A stretch of DNA of 64,000 bases from Balanoglossus misakiensis (lineage: Eukaryota; Animalia; Hemichordata). Under the pieces are notes generated by a model, which was not told the DNA's origin, did not search any database, and was given only the letters and a program-made list of their open reading frames with translations. Position 1 is the first letter of the stretch. Each line of letters starts with the position of its first letter. A program made the translations under genes and the position numbers. The stretch spans positions 2,170,001 to 2,234,000 of the forward strand of contig CM082592.2 of assembly GCA_040954595.2 (NCBI GenBank). The letters are read 5' to 3'. This document shows positions 23,515 through 36,375 of this stretch, piece after piece.

Positions 23515-24209
23515 GGCTGCATTCACAAACACCTCTGGAGGGGGGGGGGGAGAATTGAGGGGGGGGGGGATTTGAAAAAAATTGAGGGTATGTATGGGGG
23601 GGATTTGAAATAATTTAGGGACTGAAAGGGGGGGGACTTGAAAACTTTGACGACTAAATATTTATTTTGAGTCCACAAAAATGCAGTTTCACGCCCTTTA
23701 TTTTACAAAATGTTCTGGTTTATCTAGTGTCCCAGGTCAGGGGACTTGCCCCCACCCCATGATAACTTTGAGCGGCGACAGTTAAATTTGTCCTCCCCAA
23801 CATACCGGTAGGTGAGTTAATTTGCTTTTGCCGGGTTCATTAAAATGCAGCTTTGAGCTCTATATTTTATAACATTTTCTTATGTGGGAGGGGGACACCC
23901 CCTTCAATTCTCGGTTTACAATGTCTCCCAACACAGAATACAAATACTTAAAAAAATAAAAACAATGTTCAGTTTTAATACCCACTGATGAGGGGAAACA
24001 TCAGTTTCAAATTCTTTTCATGGGAGTGCTGTTGTGATGTGTTTTGCTCTGAAAGAAAATGGGGGGGGGGGGGGGGTTTCAAAATGTTGGCAGTTCGGAA
24101 GGGGGGGATTTGAAAATATTTTGGGTTGTGTACGGGGGGCATGTGAAATTAGCGGTAGAAAAAATTGAATTCTCCCCCCCCCCCTCCAGAGGTGTTTGTG
24201 AATGCAGCC
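23515..24209. mobile_element. PIF/Harbinger-type (Tourist-like) MITE in the last TRAPPC4 exon
   Basis: TIR GGCTGCATTCACAAACACCTCTGGAGGGG / CCCCTCCAGAGGTGTTTGTGAATGCAGCC; TTA TSD (23512-14, 24210-12). Confidence 0.88.
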
Positions 24210-24265
24210 TTATTTGATGAAAACTTGAAGTCAACACTGGAACAAGCTGAGAGAACCACTGTTTA

Positions 24266-24477
24266 CACAGCCAGTGTATAGATCGAACTTGTGGACTTCT
24301 TACCCATGATGTTATCATGGCGGTGATGCTGACAGTTGTGTGATACCAACAACAATGCCTGCAGAATATGTAATACCCTCTACAAAGCATGTGCACAGCC
24401 AGTGTATAGATCGAATTTGCGGACTTCTAACCCATGATGTTATCATGGCGGTGATGCTGACAGTTGTGTGATACCAA
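24266..24477 (+). repeat. ~82-bp direct duplication covering the TRAPPC4 stop codon and proximal 3' UTR
   Basis: CACAGCCAGTGTATAGATCGAA...GTGTGATACCAA at ~24266 and ~24394. Confidence 0.85.
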
Positions 24478-26432
24478 GAATGTGCAATCATTTTGCACTG
24501 CTAAAGTTAAAGAATATTCTCAACACATAGAACCAGAAATATATGTTGTTCTGGTTATGTCTGATATTTCCAAGATTCTTGGTGTATTTGAGAGAGTCCA
24601 ATTGAGTGTGAACAGCGCCCCCACTGGCCAGAATGTCAACACATCTGTCCAAAATGCCAGGAGGACATTAAAAGACTGTGGTTGATCCAACTAACATGGA
24701 GGCTATCATCAGCAGTGCATTCAACTGTAGAGGGTTGACTGATCTTTGTGATATAAATACAAATTTGTTGTCATCATGTTTTATCCCTAATTTTTTTGTT
24801 GGCCACAAGTTTTGGACAAAGCACACAGTTTCAAAAAATGTGCATGATCCGGAGTCCTGATAATAACTACTTTGAACTTCAAAATTCTGTCCAGTGTGCA
24901 ATTATGAAAACTAGTGAACCTAGTCTCGTCTAAGTGGGGATTTAGTCACATGGGTGTGTGCTTTCAGCCAATCAGAAGTCTCAGATTCAATGCTTTCATC
25001 TTCATTACAGACACATTAAACCACTAAACATGGGGTTTGTTTTGGCATCGAATGTAAATTGTAACGTCTATTCTCAGAATAAATATAATCAATTGAATAT
25101 ATTTCACTTTCAAAGATTGTTTTAGTGTAATGTTGCTGCTTCTTGGAAAACAATAAGAAAATATGATCATGGCTATTTTGCCATTTCTGTGTAAATTGGT
25201 GATTGCAAGAAGTTGTTTATTTATTATTTTTTGGAATAGATTCCTGTTCGCCGAATCGTGTTCTGTAAACCTGCATGGGTTGTAAGTGTAAATTTAACTT
25301 CTAATGTGTAAAATTAGGTTGTCGTCAAGTAGTGTTTCAGTGGAGTCCTGAATGCAAAGCTGTGTCAGGCAAGGTACTGCAGCTGTCAATAATGACGCAA
25401 CCGCAAAGTCTTCTGGGAAATCTCTGCGGCGTCTAACACATTTGACACATTTGAAGCCTATTGTTTGCCGTTGTTTGCCAAGGTGGACAAGACATCAAAG
25501 GGACATGCCGCGTTGCTAGTCTGTTTTTTCACTTTGTCTGTGGCGCCGCGGTTTTCAAGTTTTTGATGTGGGCGGACGTACCCGACATACATCCATCCAT
25601 CTATACAGACGCAACCGATCCCATAAGGTCCCACTGGTAAATCTATATCTATACCAAAATGGGACCAAATAAAAAACACAATTTTAAGAGGGTTTTGAGA
25701 AACTTGTACTATGTTGCCAGCCACCACAGCCCGTGCACATCAATCATCTCAGAGTCTTAATGTGCTGATCGGACCTTTGACTCTACAATTGCTCTGACAT
25801 TGACTTCAAATGTTGAGGTTTATTTGCAATGAAACACGGTTGAATTCTCATTTTTCACTTGGTTGACTGACAAACTTAGACATAGAATGCCATGGTGCTA
25901 TTCTCTGGTATTGTTGATGGAGAAAGAATAGGTGATCAGTTCTGCGAAGCAGCGGAGCAGATGTCTTGATGGCCCTGCTTAGCGAGAACTCAGAATTGTA
26001 TATCTGCTGGCCAAGAATTATACAATTATGAGTTTAGTCCAAATTGCATTCTTTGGTCAATTACCTCTGTATGCCTGATTCTAGATGTTGGAAAAAACCA
26101 TAAACAACCTTGTTTATTTGGGTAGATTTTATGCGACCAAGAAGGTGGAAACTTAACATAGTCCTTTGTGGTAGACTTACATTATACAAATGAGGACTAG
26201 AGAGAGGGTCACATTTAAGCACTTTGGGTACAGTTTGATATGACCAAGCTGAGGTTGCATACTTGCATCTTAAATTATACCCCTTTGTGCGAGGGTTACG
26301 TCATTATACAAATTTGGACTAATATAGAGGGAGGGTAACACTGCTGCTGGGAGAGATCTGCATTTAACACGACTGATTGACCCCAATTTCTTGTGCCTCC
26401 ACCCCTCAGAATAAATGAAAGCTTTGTTACAG

Positions 26433-26460
26433 CATGGAGGTACTCTCTAGTACCTCCATG
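26433..26460. mobile_element. 28-bp palindromic P-like micro-element
   Basis: CATGGAGGTACT-CTCT-AGTACCTCCATG flanked by 7-bp direct repeat GTTACAG. Confidence 0.7.
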
Positions 26461-26799
26461 GTTACAGCAACCAATTCTCCCTACCTTAAATAGGTTTTGA
26501 GCTACCTAAGTAAGTGATGAAAATCTCATATGGTCAATACAATTTCAAGATGGCCGATTTTTGCCATGTTTAAAAAATGGGAGTTCATGAGCTAAAGTGA
26601 TGATGGGTCATTCTGAAACTTTTTAACAGAAAAAATAACTAAATGTGAAAAAAGTTAAAATGAGTTGCTAACTACAAAAACAGACATGTTTGACCAAAGG
26701 AAGTCATGAAATACAGTAAACATATCATTTCTCTTACTACAGTGGGTTGTCGACTTTTTGCCCAGAATGCAATGTGATTTGACCCCTTGGCGCAAAGTG

Positions 26800-27519
26800 A
26801 AAACCTGTCGAGACTTTTTCAGAGGCCTATTTCTCATTAAAGACAACGTTAAAACCCCCATAAACCATATATATTCTGGAAGCTGAGTTTTTGAACTTTT
26901 GTTTGAGTTGCATATATTATTGATCCCCGGAAATGGTGGCGTTTTGGGGTTAAAAAACCCGTTTTTTTATATTATGTCATTCAGTTTAAATTAGGTAAAA
27001 AAGTTGACCATGCATCATGCATCTTAATATGTCATTCGAAACTAGAGTACATGTGCAAAAAAAAAGATAATTTTGTTTTGCGTTATCTGCTTCCATTGAG
27101 TAGTAACAGTGTTTGCAAGTTAGATTTTTAGAAAATTTGATCAAATTCACAATGAGTTGTATTGAATCAGATTTTATTCCCGCCAAGGACACTTTATCGA
27201 CTAAAAAAATTTGTTTTGTTAGATGGGTCATACACAATCCCCTGTTAAAATTTGAGCAAATTCGGCCAACTCAGAGCGAAGCTAAATTCTTCTGAAGTTG
27301 TCAAGAGCAGCAAAAATGCAAACTGAGAAAAACGGCCATTTGCATTGTTGACACCTATTTGTTAAGTTGTGGACTCGTTCAGAAAAGTGCTATTTTGGGG
27401 TGATTATGCACCATTTCCGCCAAGACGTATTAGTCAGGATGTGGATCAGTATAAGACCTACCGATTTATGTAAAAAAGTAAATTTTGGCAAAAATCACAA
27501 CTTTTCATGCAATGCCACC
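26800..27519 (-). mobile_element. Kolobok-like non-autonomous element end; highly similar inverted copy at ~39716-40440
   Basis: TTAA|GGTGGCATTGCATGAAAAG terminus in both copies; ~720 bp shared; the identical 60-aa spurious ORF appears in both. Confidence 0.6.
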
Positions 27520-27689
27520 TTAAGGCAGCCAGAATTCATATTACCCCTCCAGTCAGTGCAGATATAAGACCACACATTTAAAAAATGTATTTTTTTATTT
27601 TTTTAATAATTAGTGTACACATCTGCATTGAACTAAATATAAATAAAATAAATAAATATATACACTGAGTAAATAAACTAAGTAAATAA

Positions 27690-27773
27690 ATGTATGCTAA
27701 CTAAACCTATGCTACCTAAACTAATTAGATAAACCTAATTAACTAAATACTAAACTTATACTAATTAACTAAG

Positions 27774-27807
<34 letters not shown>

Positions 27808-27968
27808 TTTACTTACTAACTAACTAACTAACTAACTCACTCACTAACTAACTAACTAAACTATTCAAAAGTTTGGACAAATACATGTGTACACTCACAC
27901 ACTCACTCACTCACTTAGACAGACAGACAGACAGACAGACGGACGGACGGACGGACGGACGGACAGGC

Positions 27969-28017
<49 letters not shown>
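27690..28017. repeat. (CTAA)n and (AGAC/GGAC)n microsatellites
   Basis: Direct reading. Confidence 0.9.
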
Positions 28018-29449
28018 GGTGTATCAAAATGGGTATTACTGAGGAGGGGGGGGGGGCAGTTTGGGCCAAGACTGGTTGGGGCATTTCAGAGGACATTTCA
28101 AAATCAAATTTACTTGAGGCAACCTGAGGAAATTGTTAAGACGGGATCTCATGTGCCATGGTTAGGGCGCTCCTTTTTTTTATAATTATCATAAGTGGGT
28201 AAACATTTATTATCAGCGACTTCAAAATCTTGCGTCCACACATGTTATTTGAGTTTCAAATAGGTCGGAGATCAACAGGCATTTGCATGATCCATACCGA
28301 TTCATGGTAACTTTTCATTGGAGGTTGCACTTGAAAGACAAAATGCAAAGTAGTTTTTTTTTTTTATGAAACAAAAGTTACATGAAAAACCTGCTTGATT
28401 TCCGATCCATATATTGTATAGCATCATTCAAGTAAACAAGCTTTGTCAGTGTTCTGGTCAGTTTTTTTTTTCGCTTTTCGAACTCTTACTCGTATCTTCT
28501 TGAGAAAACTCACAGCTTGGGTTTTAAACAACAGAGGTGTTGCGGAATAAACAACAACTACAAACACTAAGTAAATGTCTGAAAAATAAACATAATAAAG
28601 TATTCAAAGAAGATAAATGATTACAATCAAAGATAAAAGATTTGATTTCAAACAATTTTGCAGATTTGCCATTCAGGCAAATACAGCCAAAGCAAGAGAT
28701 GTCAAGCAAAGTGAGCAACTCTTACAACAAGGTGGAAAGTACAAATGCCGACAGATTGTTTAACCTTATGATTGAATGTTGATGCCATAGCGCATTGGAT
28801 GGTATTGTGAAAATGTGTCATCTACATTGTGTTTCAATATAGCTCCCAGCAGTATTCACTTTGTGTGAACTTCTCCACGCCTTCAACCAATTTGTCAGTC
28901 TTGTGGGTCATTTGTGAGGTGCTATGATTAACCCCTGCAACTGTCAATCCAGCAGAGGCAATGTCATTAACAATGAATTGCACATGCATAACTGACTCAG
29001 AGGGCCCAGAGGGAAAACCAGTTTCATTCAAAAACGAAGAATAGCCGGTGCCTTGGGGGTCTAAACCATGGGATTTGCAACAATAACACTGTTGTCCCCT
29101 GATATCAATGCATCCGTAGAAGAATTTGAAAAGCTTGGTGATAAAACTGCAGCAAATATGTAACATGCAAATGAATAGGAAGCCTTTGATGGTCTGATAA
29201 AATAAACTAGCAGAAAAGCTGGAAAATATTGTCCCTGTGATGCATCGTTGGAGATCATACATTTTATGAATTTTTTTCTATGGATATGAAAATAGTGGTA
29301 CTTAAAGAGTGTGACAACCTATGAACAAGGATTAATCCTCACTATTTCAGCCTTGAAACAGAAATGCATTAAATTTTTGATAAAAACTATACTACGGTTC
29401 TTACAAAATATGTGCTGTCTTTTACCTGGCTACATGTTCCCTTTTGTTG

Positions 29450-32400
29450 AAAGAAGTTTGACACATCAAAGTCCAGCCAGCTTTTGAAAGCATGGGAACA
29501 TTGTGACCTGCAGCAGGTTAGAAAGGGGACAGATCACATCTTCGGGGACAATATATCAGGACAGTGTTCTCCCTGGGAAAAATCATAGAGCCAGGGCTAA
29601 TTTCCGTAAAATTTACATAATCATAGCTTCTTTTGGACAAATTTTACCACAGCCGTTACTTATCAAGTATGTTGACATTGGCACATTGTACTTACTAAGA
29701 AAGAATATTGTCTTTTTTATACCCAGTGCAAAGTAGCCCAAGTGAAATACTATTACTAGTGAAAGTATTTGAAATGGACCTGGGGTTACGAAGTCCGCTC
29801 CAATAAAACACCCTGATGTTCCCACGACTTGCTATGCGCCTCAAAAAAACTGTGATGTTGTCATATTTTTTACGCGCTAGCGACAACCAGTAGTAAGAGA
29901 GACTGATAAATCGATGCTGATATGATAGCCTGTTTATTGATGTTTTAAAATGGGGTAGAAATTTTGAAGATGGCAGACATTTAGAGGCTTAAAAACGGCG
30001 AATATTCAACAGTGTCGAGCAGTTTTCAAGTGGAAGTTGGGGGCCTTCGCGCTATATACCAATTTACTAGCATACGGATGGGACCTTTGACACAAGCCAC
30101 ATCTTGTGTCAGCTGCTCGATCACGCAAGTGGGCGGCTCAATTCAAGACACTGCGTTGTTTATCATGATGGTGGTTGTTGATTCTTTTTTGTTTGTTTGT
30201 TTGTTTGATTGTTTGTTTCCCCGAACAGAACGCCTAATTCACATGTGTCCTGGATGAAACACTGCCTGCCCATGCCAAGTTCACAGGTTTTCAGTGCGGG
30301 TTGTCTTTTACATCCTACTACATTATGTAATTTTTAGAAATTGGACATATCCTAAGACAAGACACCTCAGATTTTGTGTTAATTATGATATACTGCCATT
30401 GGTGTATTTTTTTTTTGGGGGGGGGGGGGGGAGGGGGGGAAAGATCAACATTCAGGATCAGATTAATTACTTTGATAATAATTTTTTTGCAATCATACCC
30501 CATCCTATTCTAAACAAAATCAAATAGTGCAAAGTAATTAAAAGTTTACCTTATCAAGTAGGCATAAATCAGGGCAGGTGGCATTGAAATTTACCTGCCC
30601 TTCGTAATTATTACCGGCCCTGGGCCGCTGTTAATTTTATAAGCCTGTGTAGACGCGCAGGCACATGGCATGACCTCCTACAAAAGTTGCTTCATCTTTT
30701 GTCATGTTTAGCTGAGTTGTTACAATGCGCGCACACGTTCAGTGCGTTGCTTGTGTTACTAGGCTATTGATGCGATTTATAGGACGCCTGTCTAAAGATA
30801 ACTTGTTCACTGAATGAAATGGCAGCGCACTGCTCTTGACAGCGTGCAGAGCTGCGTTGCTTCTAGGGTGATTCAAGCCGTGGAAGGTGTGAAATCACTC
30901 AGTTGTGTTCACTAATTGTCAAGAATTGAAAGGAAGTAGCAAGTTACAGTGAAAGCAAAGGTGGACACAAAGCAAAAGTACAGGGGTGACAATCAGTCAC
31001 ATTGTTGCTTACTCAGGAAGAATGCATCACAGTGACCCATGAAGATTATTCTGTTGCGACAATCCAACGTTTATTGCGTCAAATGTCGCAAGGCCGCACG
31101 CTAGCTGAAACACTGAAAGAGAGAGCAAATTTGGTAGGCAGTCATACAACATTGACACTTTTGTTTAAGTGTAAAGACAATCTAACATTTGCCAAATATT
31201 CAGAGGGTATCAACTTCAAGGACAGAAAACGTGGACATTCCTGCCTGCTATTTAGGTTAGTGGTTAGAGGTTAATGTTAGAGGTTAGATTGGGGTTAAAG
31301 GTTAAGGTGCAATTGCAATAGAAGGCTGCAATGTTCAAGTGTAACTGTCCTGAAAGCAGTCATCTGAATATCTGTAGGCCTGCAAGGTCCTAACCAGTAG
31401 ACTGTGATAATATGTGATTTCTAGACACAAGCAAGACATTCCTTCACTTGGTAACAGTATTGAATTTTATCATACAAGTAGTTTTTGTCTGTCTATCAGA
31501 ACTATCCGCTTTGCTTTGTAAAATTTTAATAAAAAGCAGGAAGTTTTAGATAATAAGTTGGAAAAACAAACGGGTGGCTTAGAATCCAAAATAGGTGCTC
31601 TCTCTGTGTTTAAAACACTAATACTATCTAAAATCACAAATGATAGAAATAAAATAATATACAGTGTTTCAGCTCGCATGCGGCCTTGCGACATTTGATG
31701 CAATAAATATTGGATTGTCACAACAAAATAAATCTTCATGGGTCACTGTGACACATTCTTACTGAGTGAACAACAATATGACAGATTGTCACCTCCCATA
31801 CTTTTGCTCTGCATCCACCTTTGCTTTCACTGTAACTTGCTCCTGCCTTTCAATTTTTTGATAATTTAGTGAACTCATTTGAGTGATTTCACACCTTCCA
31901 CGGCTTGAATCACCCAAGAAGCAACGCAGCTCTGCACGCTGTCAAGAGCAGTGTGCTGCCATTTCATTCAGTGCACAAGTTATCTTTAGACAGGCCTCCT
32001 ATAAATCGCATCAATAGCCTAGTAACACAAGCAACGCACTGAGCGTGTGCGCGCATTGTAACAACTCAGCTAAACATGACAAAAGATGAAGCAACTTTTG
32101 TAGGAGGTCATGCCATGTGCCTGCGCGTCTACACAGGCTTATAAAATTAACAGCGGCCCAGGGCCAGTAAACTTTGCCGCAAAGGAATATGGCCGCCACC
32201 ATGAAAAAATGCAAGAAACAAGGAAAACGTCGCATTTCCGACTATAAAATTTCATAAACAAAGCATGATCTCATCCACTACAATTATGGAAGTAAATGTA
32301 CTCCGCTGGGACATTACATTTTCATTTTTGATCGCAATATTGCAGAATTTTCGATTTTCTTTAACTTTTGGCCATTTTGTCATAAATAAGTGATCTTGAT

Positions 32401-34420
32401 ATACTATTATGAAATATCATTTAATAGACATAATTCAAAGGATATATGGGATTATTTAAAACTTAAAATTGTTATCCAGTTGCAGCTCATGTGTCTTTAA
32501 TCTAATCCTGAATGTTGATCTCCCCCCCCCCCCCCCCCCCCACCGATATCGAAAACAGAGGAATGGCGTAAACAAAAGATCAGCTGATTGCAGTCAATCC
32601 ATATACTGTACATTTCTAGTATCATATTCAAACATCAGGAAATAAATAATGAAGGTTTATTAACGCAAGTGAAAATATATTAAGGGTTCTGCTGAAATAT
32701 ATCTGAAAAAGTTTTGATTTTTGTGAAATCTTGGTGAGGACTCAGGCAATATTTGCATTCATTAGTGTTCTCAGGAAAGTTCATGTATACGGGCGCTCGG
32801 AAGGTTGCAATACATAAACAAACTCGCCATCGATCGACCCTCCATACTGCGTAGACAACATGACAGTGACAATTGCGGCATAACTTTTTACGTATAACTT
32901 CGTTGGCATGGCCTGGTACATGGTTCAGGGTATGTATGGTAAACGAATGTCGAATCCAGCATCATCGAGAGGTTTGCTTTACATGCGTGAGCGAGCCATG
33001 TTGACTGCGCGTGATTCAAGAGCAGATGATATGTAGTGCCGCATTAAGAAGAAAAAAATAAACAAATCGCTAGTCAAGGTCAGATTTGAAATTAATAAAT
33101 ATCGCAGTACATTGTATTTATTCTGTGTATGTTTGCATTTCTTTTTTAGCCCTTAATATGTTCGCATTGTTTGAAAGCTGCGTTATTCAGTCAGAAATTG
33201 TCCACGTCTGGCTGGTTCTTGAGTGTGTCGCGCGTCCACGTCATAACACGATACATTATCTGTAATAATTTACAGCTATGACATCACAAAATTCACTTGA
33301 TAAAGCTATAATATTAAGTATATTATATCGATGTTGAGGGGCCTTAGTGATGTCCAAAAGAACCTATAATTATGTAAATTTTATGGAAATTAGCCCCGAC
33401 ACTATGATTATTCCCAGGGAGAACCCTGTCCTGATATATTGTCCCCCCGAAAATATGATTTGTCCCCCTTTATAACCTGCTGCGGGTCACAATGTCCCCA
33501 TGCTTCACAGTACAATATTTTACCCACAATTCTCCATGATTTGTATATTTGAACGTTGCCCATTTAATAACTTTTTCTGGTTTACATGCTAACAATGATA
33601 TGAAGTACATATAAATTTATTTATTTTTATCTAGGAAAAGTATGTTGAACAATTAATAGTGTGAAAATTTCAAAATCAAAATTAGAAGCCATAGGAATCT
33701 AGATATTCATGTACTGCAAATGTCACACTTTAGGGGAAACAAGCAATGACTTACTGAGGTGGCCAGTCTCTGTTGAAAGTTAACATGTAAATTTCCTTTG
33801 TTCTGTCAATAGAAAAATCAATTTTTGTTTGATTAAACGGGTATTTCAAGTGTCCCTGTTTTACTTCAAACTATTTTGTATAGCTAGCTATGCAATTGCT
33901 TGATTATTTTATAAAATTAGTATCTCCTCTCTCAATAATGCATAATTTTAAAATTAATTTGAAATGGTTATTCACAGTAAGATTTGGCTTAAAAGTACGA
34001 TCTCGAACTTGGTATTAGTGATCTACAATTCTCTGTTCACATGTGCACTTTGCCTGGTTTGACAGAGGAATATCTGTTGGTACAAATCAGAATGAATCAT
34101 GAGATATTTCTAGTACTGTGTGCTTTCAAAAGCTGGCTGAAACACTGATAATATACCAATTTGCTTGTTAATTTGAGGAATTTTACCTGGTGAAATAACA
34201 ATTTGTATTTTTATCTGTCTAGCTGAATTTTGGTGATTATCATTATGCTCCATATTTGCCTTTGTACTTTTACAAATATTTTAATCGAGGTTGAAGACAT
34301 GTAACACCACTAATATGTAGATTTTTATGTATTTGATAATAAACAGAGGTCGCGATAACATTTTTTTTGAGTGTGTATTTTTGATGCAATCATAAAAAAA
34401 TGTGTCAAACTCCTTTTACT
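29450..34420. repeat. Nested inverted duplication centred near 31390
   Basis: Mirror blocks 30616-31115/31662-32165, ~30441-30465/32498-32521, ~29488-29588/33400-33505, plus short matches ~29475/34125 and ~29455/34405. Confidence 0.8.
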
Positions 34421-35024
34421 TAGCCTGCGTCGTACACATGTCTAATTCAAAATTCATCAAACAAAATTAGCTACATTTTGAGTACAAAAGGTCGGGCACG
34501 CAAGTGATTATTTTGATCCCAGAGGATAGTCAGCGGTATGCGTATGGTTTACGTTGACCATTGTACAAATAGAGAGGCCATTCCTATGCGTCAATATTGA
34601 TGCACTTATTAAGATTTTCACGACAAATGAGTATTTTGGCGTCAAATATACATAATTTCTGCGTAAACACGACCTCTGATAAATGCAAATTTTTTTTTAA
34701 ATAAACAGCAAAAATGGATGCATGGGCTGTTGAATTTCAGTCACCATGACGATGCATGTAGTCTGTGACAAACATAACATACCATACAAAGCGTATGATT
34801 TCATTTTTTTGAGTGTCTAGCTATTACATTATATTTTCAGCGAATTTACATGCAACACATTGCAGGATGATACAATCTCTAGTGCAAATTTGTTTGCGAA
34901 ATTATGTTTGGCTAACATTATATGACAAAAGTGAACATGTGTGCATGACTGCCAGATGCTGTTATTTTTCATTTGTCAAGTATACCAGGTCTCATTCACT
35001 GGCTTTAGAGAGGCTTTATATATA

Positions 35025-36375
35025 CACACTCGCCAATAAGTATTTACGCACCTTGACAATGAATGTAAGCTATGAAAGATTATTCACAAAATCGATCGAC
35101 TGTAACTTATTTCTGAATATAAATAACCTACGGAAGGTTTAACCCATTTTAGTCAACACAGATGTGTTGCCGCGTCGAATCTGACTGCATACGCGGCGTG
35201 TTTTTCGGCCAGTGAAATTTCCTATGGTTATTGCAATGGCGGTATACTCTTTAACATCTCATTTTCATTAACTTTTCGCGCCATTGTGTCCGTGGCTAAT
35301 TTCCCTCTATTCATATTTAAATCTCCACCAATCAGAGCTTTTAAATATAATTCTGATTAAATTTTGGGGCGGGAAAATCTGCTAGATTTGCTTATGAATA
35401 TTCTGATCGAGGTCGTCGGAGGTTGCTGCATAATTTTTGTTTGTAAACATTGGATCAATGAAACCATGCCCAAAGTTCGCGAACTTCCTGAATTTGTGAA
35501 AGGTCAAATTGAGGCACTGCATAGGCAAGGTTTGAGGAACAGGGAAATCGCAATGCAGCTTGGAATCACCGAAGGCAGCGTCAGGTATAACATTCGGAAA
35601 CTTGTTCGAAATGGTAGCACGGACAATTTACACCGATCTGGACGGCCAAGGTGAACAACTGAACGGGAAGACAGAATGTTAATACGATCAAGTCTGACGG
35701 ACAGATTCAAGACGGCCCGTGACCTCCGCGCTAAGTTTCACGAGGACACCGGGAAACTTTTGAGTATGAGCACAATCAAATCTCGATTGTATAGAGGAGC
35801 CAGACTCCATGGATGTGTGACCAAGAAAAAGCCGAAATTACAACCCCGGCACATCACAGCGCGACTACCTGTTCAGTGGTCCCAGGTTGTTTGGTCAGAC
35901 GAGTCAAAGTTCACCGTGTATAGGAGCCGAGGGAGAGTTTTCGTTAGAAGGCGACCCGGCGAGGAGTACGAAATTGAATGACAGTCCCACAGTAAAGTTT
36001 GATGGTGGCAGTGTTATGGTTTGGGGGTGTTTCTTGGCTGCGGGTGTTGGTTTGCTCGCTGGAAGAACTTAGACGTTCTACAAAACGAAATGCTACGATA
36101 GGCTTTGAGACTCGTCCGGCCAGATTTTGTGTTCCAACAGGATAATGCCCCTGTACATACTGCCTTGGATGTGAAATCATTTCTACAACGTCGATATGTC
36201 TCACTCAAATTTAATCACAGATGACAGATTTTTGTTCTACGACTGTTATTTATCTTGAATTTATTAAATGTAGTTGAATTTTTGCTAAAAACTGTCTGCA
36301 AGGTGTGTTATTTCATGTTTCTGAAACGTTTTTCACTGCAGAACGTGGGTGCGTAAATACTTATTGGCGGGTCTG
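35025..36375 (+). mobile_element. Tc1-family transposon relic
   Basis: TA|CACACTCGCCAATAAGTATTTACGCACC ... GGTGCGTAAATACTTATTGGCGGGTCTG TIRs enclosing a broken transposase. Confidence 0.88.
35466..36215 (+). pseudogene. Tc1 transposase pseudogene
   Basis: HTH, RSGRPR*, WSDESKF, VKFDGGSVMVWGCF, FQQDNAPVH spread over several frames with stops and deletions. Confidence 0.9.

Larger units (their letters stand above)
11282..24281 (+). pseudogene. TRAPPC4: TRAPPC4 (synbindin) disrupted copy; exons 11282-11385, 23090-23195, 23505-23514 + 24213-24281
   Basis: Peptides [30 protein letters not shown] | [35 protein letters not shown] | CEL-FDENLK match the TRAPPC4 C-terminal half, with canonical splice sites and consistent phases. 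The conserved D(F/Y)ALKNP is missing, the last exon is split by a MITE, and the N-terminal exons were not found. Confidence 0.88.
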
